64,000 nucleotides of DNA from Planctomycetota bacterium (GTDB lineage: Bacteria; Planctomycetota; SZUA-567; H5-PLA8), in assembly GCA_045863855.1 (NCBI GenBank), contig BTVV01000001.1, positions 96,800 through 160,799 on the forward strand, written 5' to 3'. This document shows, piece after piece, positions 37,690 to 47,384 of this stretch. The notes under the pieces were generated by a model. That model saw nothing but the letters and a program-made list of their open reading frames with translations. It did no database searches and was not told the DNA's origin. Position 1 is the stretch's first letter, and each line of letters starts with the position of its first letter. Both the position numbers and the translations under genes were made by a program.

Positions 37690-40600
37690 CTACTTGCCGA
37701 CGGCCACCGCCGCGCCCATGGCGTGGACTTCCACGCCCGCATCCATGCGCCAGGCGCTCAGTTCGGCGACTCCTCCGGTTTGCGCGTTTCGTCTAGCCAG
37801 CCCGAGGCGCAGCACACCGCCGGTGGGCGGCTTGTCCAGGCCCAGGTCTTCCCAAGGAATCGCGATCTCCAGCGACCAGCCGTCGGAGCGTTCGCGCGCT
37901 TTGACGCGCGCATGTCCGCGCCACGCGGCGTCTTCGCCGCTGGCGTCCCAGAGGTGGCCGGCCGGATCGACGCGGTAGCGCTTCGGCGCGTCCTCGGCAT
38001 TGGCCGCAAGACCGATCTCGAACCATTCGCCGTCGTGGAGCGCCTCGTCGCCGTCGTCGGCGGCCAGAACTTTGGCCGCTCGGTGGCGCGCATAATCCGA
38101 TTCGGGGCATTCGACGCCGACGATCAAATGCGTCGGCGTATGTCGAAGCTTCACATCGCTGAGGGCTTCGGCGGGGCTGGCATCGGCGCGGACGAGCCCG
38201 GCGATCTGCGGCGCACCGCGCCACGTCTTCTCGTCCAGCACACCGTCGAGCTGTAGGCCTTCCTCGCCGCGCGGCGGGATCAGGGCCACGGGCAGCGGGA
38301 GCGTGAAGTCGCGCGCCGGCGCGGCGCCGTTCAGGCGCAGGCGTACGATCCCGCCGCCCGCGAGCGGCAATTCTTTCAGCGGCGCGGAGAGCACGATGGT
38401 GAACGGAATCGGTTCGGGGCGGGTTCCCACGGGGGCCATTCGTTCGGGCGCCAGCGGCGTGCGCAGATCGATACGCCAAGGCTTGGGGACTTCGGGGACG
38501 ACCTGCGGCGCGCCGGCGAGCCCCATGCCTTCGGGTACCAGACGCAGTTCGTGGCGCACGCGGAGGAAGCCTTCGTCGAGGACGATCTCGGTTTGCCCGG
38601 CGTCGCGTTCGAGCCGCCAGCGCAGTTCCTTCGTGCGCACCGGGAACAATTGTTCGAAAGACGCGTGGCTCTTGAAGGCATGGGCCGCGGCGCGCTGGCC
38701 GCTGAGTACGTCGGTGAGCACGATTCGGTATTCGCCGGGCGGTTCGTTGAGGCCGAGCTTGAGTTCGCCCTTCCATTCGCCGGCGTCGAGATGCAGATCG
38801 CGCGCGTAATGCGGGAGGCGCTGGCCGTCGGGCGCGAAGACTTCAAGCCGTACGACGTGCCGCGCAGGCCGCTCCGACCCTTGGGCTCCGTCGCTCGTGG
38901 TTTGGAGCCGGACTTCGAGGCGGAACGCGCCGCGCGCGTCGATGCGGCGCACGCGCGCGAGGAGTTCCTGGACCCGGTAGGGCAACGCGGCCAGCAGCGC
39001 CGCTCGATCCGGCGAGGCCGCGATGTCACAGGTGTGCTGCAACCCCAAATAAACACCTCGGCGCAAGTCGTACCAGTGGCGGCGGCCTTGGACACTGAGG
39101 CGCACGAGCGGTTTGCCTTCGGCCGGTCCAAGCAGTCCGAAGACGGCCGCGTCGCCGTCGCGCCATTGAGCGGCTTTAAGGGCCGGGGGCGCTACGCCGA
39201 GTTCGCGGACGGCCGCGGCGGACGGCGCGCCCAAGGATGCCTCCAGCAGATCGCCCACGATCTTGCGCAGCGCGTTTCCGCCGCCGGGAGGGACGGCGTA
39301 ATCCTGCACCGACAAGTTGAGGTACATCAGGCGTCCCAAGCCGTGGCGCTTGCTGAGCATCGCCGCCGCTCCGCCGTGCGCGCGCGCGAAACTCCAGGCG
39401 CCGGAAGCGCGGACGCCGGGCTCGACGGCGCGCAGATCGGGATCTTCGGGGATGCGCGGCTGGGCGCTGACCGGATCGAGCCACTGCAAGCGGGCGTCCT
39501 CGGCGGAGCCGACGAGCCGGCCGTTCAGTTCGTAGGACCAGTAGTCCACGCGCTGCACACCGAAGGCGCGGTCGAGCGCGCCGGCGGGGCCGTCGTGCGG
39601 CGGGAGCGGTCGGCGCTTGCCGTACGCATCGAAGAGGCCGCACTGCGCGTCGGCGAGCACGATGCCTCCGGCATGCGCGAATTCCAGCAGCGCTTCGGCC
39701 GTCTCGTCGCCGATGCAAAGGACTTTGGGCAGGATCAGGAGCTTGGCGGTGAGTTTGCCGGCGGCCAAGTCCTCTTCGCGAACGAAGCTGGGCGCGTAGC
39801 CCAAGTCACGCAGAATCGTCCACCATGCTTCCAGCGCGCGCGCTCCGCTGTTGCGCGCGGCGTCTTGCGCAGCGCGATCGCGCCATTCGGAACCGTCGAG
39901 GGCGCTATCGAGCATGCCATGTACGGCCAGCGAGCGCGGCGCGTACAGAATGGCGATGTCATCGCGTTGGCGCGGCCAGTCGCGGGCCAGCGCAGCGAGT
40001 CCCGCATTGAGGAGGCCCAGTTCGTCGCGCAGTGCGGGCTGTTCGCCGTGGCCGCGCAGAACCAATCCGTGGCCGCCTTCGAGCCACGCCGTCCAGAGCG
40101 CGCGCGCGGGGCGTGCGCCACCGGCATCGAGGGGCGTCCAGATGCGCGCGTTCGGCGCGAGGTCTTCGAGCAGCGCGGCTTGAACGCCAGCGCGTTGGGG
40201 CAGGAACCAATCCAGCGCATCGGACAGCGCGGCGTAGTCGAGCCCGCCCCAGGCCGAAGGTGCGCCCATGCCGGTCGCGCCGACGGGCATTCCCGGCGCG
40301 AGGCGCTGCGCTTCGGCGCGGTACTCTTTGAGCAAGCGGGCGAAGAGGAATCCGTCGAATGCGCGCCGGTCGGCCCAGGCGGTGAAGTTCTCACCGCCGG
40401 GGGCTTTCAATTCGCTGGGCTTCAGTTCGAAGTACGGCCGCCCGTCGCGGCGCGGGAGGCGCGCGTCGGGATCTCCGGCTTCCAGCCACGCCATGCGCTG
40501 CGCGAAGCGCGGCTGCGCGGCGGCCTGAGCGGCGGAGGTGTCCGGTGCGTCCACTTCGGCCCACGCGGAGAAGCGCGTCTCCCAGGCCGCGTTGAGCGAT

Positions 40601-41430
40601 TCGAGATTGGGGTAGCGGCGCTGGAGCCAGGCCTGAAAGACGGCGCGCTCGGAACCGGCCAGCGGGGCGTCGGCTTGGAGCGCGAGCGCATCGCCCAGCG
40701 AGAAAGCGCTCGGACCGTCGGCCAGCGCGGCGTCGATTCCCGCGGCCATGGCGCGGCGCATGGCTTCCAACGCATCGGGCGCAAGGCGATCGGGCGCGCT
40801 TAACGGGTGCTCGGCGGAGGAAAGAATTTCGGCGACGCGCGCGCGGGGCGAAGGGGCGGGCATTGGGGCGGGCAGTCCCGCTCCGCCCGCGAGCAAGCCG
40901 GCTTCGGGAAAAGCTTCGAGTTGCGCGGCCCACGCGGCGTCGAGCGGCTTGGCCGAGGGTGCGAGCCAGAAGGCGTAGTCCTGCGCTTCGGCGGCGCCCA
41001 GCAGCGTGAAGGACGCTTCGGCCACCGGCTGCCAGGCGGGCGGTTCGCGATCGGGTCCGAGGTCGGCTCCGCAGAGGGCCACGATGCGCTGGCGCGCGCC
41101 AAACTCGCCCGTCACGTTCAACGCGAAGCGAACGCGTCGCGAAGTGTCTTCGGGCGGCGCGATCTCGACGGCGCTGGCCACGCGGCCCGCGGCATCGACC
41201 CACAGCAAGCGCAAACGGTAGCCCGGCCACGCGCCTTCGAGCACACCCTTCAGCGCATCGCCGCCACTAACGCGGTCGCCGTCGAGTTTCAAAGCCAACG
41301 CGGGCAAGGGAGGGGCGGGCGCATCGAGCGCGGGTGCGGGCGGTTCGGCGGTTGGCGCGGGCATGGCGGCCGTGCGCGAGCGGCAACCGCTTGCGGCGGC
41401 CAGCAGGGTCAGCAGCAGCCCGGCGGCCAT
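37690..41430 (-). CDS. Large lipoprotein: GH42-like barrel, trimerisation-like domain, Ig-like domain, CBM9-like C-terminus
   Basis: Lipobox AASGC; FQAWLQRRYPNLESLNAAWET; IAILY; LDGVLDEKTW...WSLEIAIPW. Start uncertain. Confidence 0.75.
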   Translation of the reverse strand: MAAGLLLTLLAAASGCRSRTAAMPAPTAEPPAPALDAPAPPLPALALKLDGDRVSGGDALKGVLEGAWPGYRLRLLWVDAAGRVASAVEIAPPEDTSRRVRFALNVTGEFGARQRIVALCGADLGPDREPPAWQPVAEASFTLLGAAEAQDYAFWLAPSAKPLDAAWAAQLEAFPEAGLLAGGAGLPAPMPAPSPRARVAEILSSAEHPLSAPDRLAPDALEAMRRAMAAGIDAALADGPSAFSLGDALALQADAPLAGSERAVFQAWLQRRYPNLESLNAAWETRFSAWAEVDAPDTSAAQAAAQPRFAQRMAWLEAGDPDARLPRRDGRPYFELKPSELKAPGGENFTAWADRRAFDGFLFARLLKEYRAEAQRLAPGMPVGATGMGAPSAWGGLDYAALSDALDWFLPQRAGVQAALLEDLAPNARIWTPLDAGGARPARALWTAWLEGGHGLVLRGHGEQPALRDELGLLNAGLAALARDWPRQRDDIAILYAPRSLAVHGMLDSALDGSEWRDRAAQDAARNSGARALEAWWTILRDLGYAPSFVREEDLAAGKLTAKLLILPKVLCIGDETAEALLEFAHAGGIVLADAQCGLFDAYGKRRPLPPHDGPAGALDRAFGVQRVDYWSYELNGRLVGSAEDARLQWLDPVSAQPRIPEDPDLRAVEPGVRASGAWSFARAHGGAAAMLSKRHGLGRLMYLNLSVQDYAVPPGGGNALRKIVGDLLEASLGAPSAAAVRELGVAPPALKAAQWRDGDAAVFGLLGPAEGKPLVRLSVQGRRHWYDLRRGVYLGLQHTCDIAASPDRAALLAALPYRVQELLARVRRIDARGAFRLEVRLQTTSDGAQGSERPARHVVRLEVFAPDGQRLPHYARDLHLDAGEWKGELKLGLNEPPGEYRIVLTDVLSGQRAAAHAFKSHASFEQLFPVRTKELRWRLERDAGQTEIVLDEGFLRVRHELRLVPEGMGLAGAPQVVPEVPKPWRIDLRTPLAPERMAPVGTRPEPIPFTIVLSAPLKELPLAGGGIVRLRLNGAAPARDFTLPLPVALIPPRGEEGLQLDGVLDEKTWRGAPQIAGLVRADASPAEALSDVKLRHTPTHLIVGVECPESDYARHRAAKVLAADDGDEALHDGEWFEIGLAANAEDAPKRYRVDPAGHLWDASGEDAAWRGHARVKARERSDGWSLEIAIPWEDLGLDKPPTGGVLRLGLARRNAQTGGVAELSAWRMDAGVEVHAMGAAVAVGK

Positions 41431-41815
41431 CGCGCCGAGCGGCTTATTCAAACGCTGGGGAGTCGGTGAATCCTTCGCGCACCCCCCCGGACGCGCGTTG
41501 GGTAACATGTGCACGTATGGTACGTACGAACCGAGCGAATTCCACGCAGGGTTTGGGTTTAGCCGGTCAGAATCGGGAATCTCGGCGGCGGTTTTAGCTA
41601 ACGTAAGCCTAATCGGCTGCTCAGAACCCGATGTTTTCCCAAACGCAAAGCCCAACGGACGGGCCTCCCCCCACGGAAGTCCAATCGGCCCGGAGCTGGG
41701 ACCCGGCACCGTATCCTTGTTTGTCCTGGGGGTTTACATACAATCGAAGCGTCCGCAGGGTCACGCGCACGCGTGAACATGCGGGATTCCCCCCTATAAA
41801 GGATTCGGCGCTTCG

Positions 41816-42982
41816 ATGAGCACTCCCTTAGCGTTTGCCCAAGAGATCGAGCCTGAGATCGTCGAAATCCGGCGCGACTTCCACCGCCATCCTGAAGTGG
41901 CGTTCGAAGAAGTGCGCACCAGCGGCAAGGTCGCGGCGTACTGCGAACAACTGGGCCTCAAGGTGTTGCGCGGCGCGGCGAAGACGGGGGTGATCGCGGA
42001 ATTGAACGCCGACCGGCCGGGTCCGATCTTGGGCCTGCGCGCGGATATGGATGCGCTGCCGATCCACGAAGAGAACGAGATCGAATACCGCAGCACCTTG
42101 AACGGCAAAGGGCATATGTGCGGGCATGACGCGCACACGGCGATGCTGATGGGCGCCGCGAAGCTCTTGGGCAAGTACAAAGACCGGATTCACGGCCGCG
42201 TGCGCTTTTTCTTTCAGCCGGCGGAAGAGATTCCGCAAGGCGGCGCGAAGAAGCTGATCGAGGAAGGGCATCTGGACGGCGTCGCGGAGATGTTCGGGCT
42301 GCACGTCAATCCGTTGCTGCCCACCGGCGTGCTGGGATTGAAGGACGGCGCGACGATGGCGAGCATGGACCGCTTCGAGTTGCTGGTCGAAGGCGTCGGC
42401 GGTCACGGCGCGATGCCGCACCAGACGCACGATCCGATCGTGACGGCGGCCGAGATTGTCCTGGCGCTGCAGACGATCGTCGCGCGCCGGATGGACCCGC
42501 TGGAGCCGGGCGTGGTGACGGTGGGCAAGATCGAGGCGGGGGAAGCGTTCAACGTGATTCCGCCGCGCTGCAAGCTGGTGGGGACCTGCCGCAGCCTTTC
42601 GAAGGACGTATGGCAGAAGATTCCCGAGTGGATCGAGACGATCGCGACGGGCATCGCGCGCGCACACGGGTTGGACGCGAAGCTGGAGTACACGCGCGGC
42701 ACGCCGGTCTTGAACAACACCGCTCCGGCGGTGGACGAGATGGGTGCGGCGTTCCGGAAGCTGGGCGGGCGCGATACGCGAATCCGGGCCACCATGGGCG
42801 GCGAGGACTTCGCGTACTATTTGGAGAAAGTGCCGGGCTGCTTCGGATTCCTCGGAGCCGGTGACGGCACGCCCGCGACGGGCTATTGCTGGCACCATCC
42901 GAAGTACAACATCGACGAGCGCGCGCTGGCCTGGGGCAGTGCGCTGTTCGTGCAATTGGTGCTGGACCGGGCGGGGAAGTAA
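41816..42982 (+). CDS. M20D family amidohydrolase
   Basis: RRDFHRHPE, LRADMDALP, HMCGHDAH, FQPAEE, GGEDF. Confidence 0.95.
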   Translation: MSTPLAFAQEIEPEIVEIRRDFHRHPEVAFEEVRTSGKVAAYCEQLGLKVLRGAAKTGVIAELNADRPGPILGLRADMDALPIHEENEIEYRSTLNGKGHMCGHDAHTAMLMGAAKLLGKYKDRIHGRVRFFFQPAEEIPQGGAKKLIEEGHLDGVAEMFGLHVNPLLPTGVLGLKDGATMASMDRFELLVEGVGGHGAMPHQTHDPIVTAAEIVLALQTIVARRMDPLEPGVVTVGKIEAGEAFNVIPPRCKLVGTCRSLSKDVWQKIPEWIETIATGIARAHGLDAKLEYTRGTPVLNNTAPAVDEMGAAFRKLGGRDTRIRATMGGEDFAYYLEKVPGCFGFLGAGDGTPATGYCWHHPKYNIDERALAWGSALFVQLVLDRAGK

Positions 42983-42985
42983 GGT

Positions 42986-45900
42986 CTAGCGCTCGCCTTC
43001 CAACAGCTTGATCTTCACCGCCACGTCGCCGGCAATCACGGGCAGCGGGACGTTGAGCATCGCGTCCGGCCCGCGGGGAGCGGCGGCGGGCAGTTCGACG
43101 ACGGTCGTCCCTTCGAGCCGGCCTTCGCGCGTGTTCCAGAATTCCACCTTGTACGTTCCGCGCCGCAAGCTCGGGACCAGCAGGTTGGCTCCGCGGGCGA
43201 GGGGGATGCCTTCGGTCCGGTGCGGCACGAGCGGATGGTAGATCCACACGTATGCGCGGCGGTCTGAGCGCAGCGCGCGGGCGAGCAGCGGCTGGTTGTG
43301 GCTCTGAATCGGCAGCAGCTCCGGTTCGAGCGGCGATTCGCCGGCCGCGGCGCGGAGATCCTCGCCTTTCAGGTATTCGGCCAGCGCGCGGTACTCGCCG
43401 TAACGGTCGTCGAAGTGCAGATGCAGCCACCACCAGTAGCCGGTGGCTCCGGCGAGCGGCTGGACCAAGCTGCCCCACAGTCCCGTGTGCAGATCGGCGT
43501 CGAGTTGCGCGCGCGAGTTGTGTTCGACGAGGCGGCCCTTCTCCCACTTCACGCCCAGCCAGTGGCGGCCCTGTTCTTCGACCAGGACCGGTTTGTTGTG
43601 CTGCTTCATGCCGCCGCGAAAGACCCCGCCGCCCCACTGATTGCCGGCCCAGAATTCGGCCAGCGCCGCCGAGGCGTCGTTTTTGCCTTCGGCCAGTTCG
43701 TCGAAGGCCGAGTACGCGTTGCTGGCGGCGACGTCGATCTCGGGCAGCCCCAGCACGCCGTACCCTCGAACCGGGTGGCTGAAGTGCGTCGCGACGAGAT
43801 GCTTGTTCGGATCGACGCTTTTCAAATAGCGGGCCATGCCCGAGTGCCAGCTTTCCATCTGCGGCGCCGGGCGGTCGGGCTGGCCTTCGTGGACCATGCC
43901 GAGGCTGATGCGGTATTCGTCGGTGAATTCCAGTTCGCTGAACAGGTCCCACGTCAAGACCGCGGAACTGTGCCCCCAGCGGGCGGCGACGTAGCGCAGG
44001 TAATTGAGGTGGAAGATTTTCGCGTCGGCTTTCGAAAAGAATTCGGCGGGCGATTCGAGCGGTCCGCCGAAGCGCGTACTGTACGGATTGTGCGCCCACT
44101 CGGTGTCGATGGCGTGCGAGAACTGGCCGTGGTTATTCAGGCATAAACTCACGCGCACGCCGGCGCGTTCGCAGGCGTCGAGGACGTGGTCCATGCGCCA
44201 CGCGTTGAGCAGATTGTACTTGCCCAAGCCCTGGTAGCCCGGCCAATCGCGCCGCCACTGCAGCGCGCCCCACCACGAACACATCCAGATGCGCGTCCAG
44301 TTGATCCCCGCGTCCTGAAACTTGGCGAGGTATTCGTCGTATTGGTACGTCCCGCGTCCTTCGATGCGCGGGATGATCTGGCCTTCCCATTTGGGATCTT
44401 TGTACGGCAGCCGGTTGTCGCTGGGGCTGCGCAGACACGGGCCCAGCGCATAGTAGAAGCTGCCGTCGTCGAAGCGGAAGTGGCGCCGGTCGGCGTCGGT
44501 TCGGACGAAGCCGCGCCAGCCTTCGCTCTTTCCGCGCACCGTGAAAGCTTCGTGCCCGAGATCCAGGACGGCGGCGACTTCCCCGGGCTTCCATTTCAGG
44601 CGTTCGACGCGCCGCCGTCCTCCGCCGTCACGGTTTTCGTATTCGTAATGCCAGTCGTCGGGATTCCGGGGCATGGCCCGGTAGGGGTGGCCATCGTGGG
44701 TGAAGCGCCAATCGCGCACCCAGTCCTGGCTCGAGACCAGCCAGGCTCCGCCTTCGCGGAGTTCGAAGCGCACGCCATGCACGCCCGGTTCCAGCGCGCG
44801 GTAGCGCACGGTCCAGTGTTCGTCGCCGACCGGTTCGACCCGTTCGTGCCCGGTCGCTTTATCTTCGCTGCGCCGGCAGTCCTGATCGAAGAAGGCCGGC
44901 ACGGCCACGGTCTGCCCCGAGGGCGTGGCGATGTACGCTTGCAGGTCGGCCTCGCGCGGATCGAAGGGATTGGCGTAGCTCTTGTCTAGGTTCAGCTTGA
45001 CGGTCCAGACCTCGCCGATGCGCAGCTCTTTTTGCGGCGCGTCCCGCAGCGTGAGCGCCGGCGGACGAACGATCTCCGCGCGGTCGAAGCGCACGGCGCG
45101 GACCGCCAAGATGCGCACGTCCACCGGCTTATCGGCATGCGTCGTGTACACATGGATGCCGATCTCGCGGATCCGCCCGCGGCTGTACCCTGTCCACGGT
45201 TTGGCGTGTTCGATTCCACGCAATTCCTGGGCGTTACGCTCGGTCAAGTCGAGCACGCAGGTGCTCGTGTCGCCGGGGCGCAGCAGGCCCGGGAGCAAGG
45301 TCTGATACCAGAGTTCGTCGCGGTCGCGCAGATGCACGCCCGCGCGCAGGTCGGCGGGCGCATCCGGCGGCAGGGCGACCTCGAAGAGCAGGGCGTCGGC
45401 CGCGTGAAAGTGATCGGGCGCCGGGCCATCCCAAGCGGCGGCGGGAAACAGCAGGGGCTTCAAGACCGAGACGGAGCCTTCGCGTCCGGGCGCCACGGCG
45501 CGCAGGGCTTCGCCGTTCGCGGCGGCCTCCGGTTCGACGCGCGTGCTCGATCCGGCTTCGGCGCGCCAGCGCCCGCCCATCGCTTCGGCCACGGGATCGT
45601 TGAGCGGAACCTGCGAGATGGTCTGCGGCGCGCGAGCGAGCGGATGCAGCGCGTGGAGCGCCAGTTCGTGGTGCGCCAGTGGCGGCCAGGTGCGCGCGGC
45701 CGCGGCCAGCCGCGCGTGCAGCAACGGTGCGGCCGTGGCGTTCAGGCGTACCGAGACCAGACAGCCGTCGACGGCCCGGGCGCGTCCCCAGCGCGCCAGC
45801 GCGTAGCGCGCGGCACGCAGGCAGAACGATTGCCCGTCCGGCGTATCGAAGAGCGCGCCCGGACCCGCGAGCGGACCGCCGCAGGCCCGGTTGAGCGGAT

Positions 45901-47155
45901 GGGCCTGCCAGTTGAAGACCCCTTGCCGCGCGAAGAATTCCCCGTCGAGCAGGATCAGCGGTTTACGCTCGCCGCGTTTCGCGGCTTCGGCCAGCCGCGC
46001 ATCCATGCGCAACGCCAGTTCGAAGTCGGGCCGCAGCGCGCCGCCGAAGCGGCCCCAAGCCGCGTTCCAGAACGGGACCGGCCGCCAGCCTTCCGCCGCT
46101 TCAGGGGCGGGCGCGACGGTCCAGCCTTCCGGATCGCCCGGCGAAAACCGCCACGCTTCCGGTGCGCCGGCCCAGAGCCGCTCGGCGGTAGGGTCGAGTA
46201 CGCTTCGCAGCGGTGCGGCAAGCGGTACGTCCCAGCGGCTTTCCAGCGCGCGCTCGGCCGGCGGCGGAGCCGAATGCCAGGCCAGCCCCGCAACGGGCAC
46301 ATTCCAAGTTCGGTCGCCCGATCGAATGGTCAGCGCGCCGTTGGCGGGCAGACGCGGCAGGTACGCACGGAAGTACGGCGCGCCAACCGGGGCCAAGCGC
46401 CAAGCGGAGCCGTCGGGCACGGCGCTGAAGCGCTGATCGAAGAACGCCAGCGCTTCGAAGTCCGCTCCGGCGGCGCGGACGTCCCCGGAGCCTTCGAACG
46501 CGTAAGGGTCCGCCGGGCAGGGCTCCAGCCGAAACGCGAGCGTCGCGGCGGCGGCGATGCCGGATGGCGCCGGTTCGAGGCGGACGTCGAGTACGCGGGT
46601 TTCGGGAACGTCCACGGTCATTTCGCGGACGATCAGGCGCGGTTCGCGCAATTCCACTTCGACGGGGCGGTCGAAATCTCCTTCGGCGCGCAGTTCGAGG
46701 CTAACGACTTCGGCGGCGGCCAGGGTATCCCACGGGCGGCCGTGTCCGATCGGCGCCAGATCGCCCGCGTCCAGCCGGACGATCAACGTGCTGGGATCGC
46801 CGGCATGCGGCGCGACCGGCGCGATCGTCGCCGCGTATACGCCGCCCGAGCGGCTCTCGACGATCCAGCGCAAGCGGACGGCGATGCGCGGGGATCGCCG
46901 CACCCGCGCCTTTAGCGAGAGGCTCGCCACGGAACGCAGATCCCACGGCTGTTCGCGCCGCCGCTTCAGGCTGCGCGTGCGCGATGCCTCCGGGCCGAGT
47001 TTCCAGACTTCGCCGGAGAAGGCCGATTCCAGTTCGCGCGCGGAGGGGAGGTCTTCGGCGCCGCCTTGGGGCGTCGCGGACTCGGAGGCCCACGCCGCGG
47101 CCGAGCAGAGCCATACGGCCGTGCCCAACCAAAGCAAGGAACGCCGGGAACCCAT
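42986..47155 (-). CDS. Large secreted DUF5060/GH5-like protein with internal duplication
   Basis: Signal peptide; NPFDP...PAFFDQ; HFRFDDG; RYVAARWG...WDLFSE; KPVLVEE. Confidence 0.8.
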   Translation of the reverse strand: MGSRRSLLWLGTAVWLCSAAAWASESATPQGGAEDLPSARELESAFSGEVWKLGPEASRTRSLKRRREQPWDLRSVASLSLKARVRRSPRIAVRLRWIVESRSGGVYAATIAPVAPHAGDPSTLIVRLDAGDLAPIGHGRPWDTLAAAEVVSLELRAEGDFDRPVEVELREPRLIVREMTVDVPETRVLDVRLEPAPSGIAAAATLAFRLEPCPADPYAFEGSGDVRAAGADFEALAFFDQRFSAVPDGSAWRLAPVGAPYFRAYLPRLPANGALTIRSGDRTWNVPVAGLAWHSAPPPAERALESRWDVPLAAPLRSVLDPTAERLWAGAPEAWRFSPGDPEGWTVAPAPEAAEGWRPVPFWNAAWGRFGGALRPDFELALRMDARLAEAAKRGERKPLILLDGEFFARQGVFNWQAHPLNRACGGPLAGPGALFDTPDGQSFCLRAARYALARWGRARAVDGCLVSVRLNATAAPLLHARLAAAARTWPPLAHHELALHALHPLARAPQTISQVPLNDPVAEAMGGRWRAEAGSSTRVEPEAAANGEALRAVAPGREGSVSVLKPLLFPAAAWDGPAPDHFHAADALLFEVALPPDAPADLRAGVHLRDRDELWYQTLLPGLLRPGDTSTCVLDLTERNAQELRGIEHAKPWTGYSRGRIREIGIHVYTTHADKPVDVRILAVRAVRFDRAEIVRPPALTLRDAPQKELRIGEVWTVKLNLDKSYANPFDPREADLQAYIATPSGQTVAVPAFFDQDCRRSEDKATGHERVEPVGDEHWTVRYRALEPGVHGVRFELREGGAWLVSSQDWVRDWRFTHDGHPYRAMPRNPDDWHYEYENRDGGGRRRVERLKWKPGEVAAVLDLGHEAFTVRGKSEGWRGFVRTDADRRHFRFDDGSFYYALGPCLRSPSDNRLPYKDPKWEGQIIPRIEGRGTYQYDEYLAKFQDAGINWTRIWMCSWWGALQWRRDWPGYQGLGKYNLLNAWRMDHVLDACERAGVRVSLCLNNHGQFSHAIDTEWAHNPYSTRFGGPLESPAEFFSKADAKIFHLNYLRYVAARWGHSSAVLTWDLFSELEFTDEYRISLGMVHEGQPDRPAPQMESWHSGMARYLKSVDPNKHLVATHFSHPVRGYGVLGLPEIDVAASNAYSAFDELAEGKNDASAALAEFWAGNQWGGGVFRGGMKQHNKPVLVEEQGRHWLGVKWEKGRLVEHNSRAQLDADLHTGLWGSLVQPLAGATGYWWWLHLHFDDRYGEYRALAEYLKGEDLRAAAGESPLEPELLPIQSHNQPLLARALRSDRRAYVWIYHPLVPHRTEGIPLARGANLLVPSLRRGTYKVEFWNTREGRLEGTTVVELPAAAPRGPDAMLNVPLPVIAGDVAVKIKLLEGER

Positions 47156-47306
47156 GGAACAGAATCTTCGTCGCAAGCGCACGTCTCCGGAGCGCACGCC
47201 ATTCATTATGCCAGCCCTTTGCCGGGGCGATAGCGAGCGCACAAGTGCTTATCCTATTAAGACGTTGCATGGCTTTGTTTCGTTTCCGAAAGATCTCCGT
47301 TGCATT

Positions 47307-47333
47307 TGTAACTGTTACATGTTAATTGTTACA
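47307..47333. promoter_or_regulatory. Tandem palindromic operator-like site
   Basis: TGTAAC-T-GTTACA directly followed by TGTTAATTGTTACA in an AT-rich divergent spacer. Confidence 0.6.
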
Positions 47334-47384
47334 GATCGAAGGCAAGATTGAGGTCGAACTCGATACCCTTGGAGGAGCGCAGCC

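Noticed and set aside
41431..41815. Riboswitch or ncRNA in the divergent spacer
   Set aside because: Only short scattered hairpins; no terminator or recognisable aptamer.
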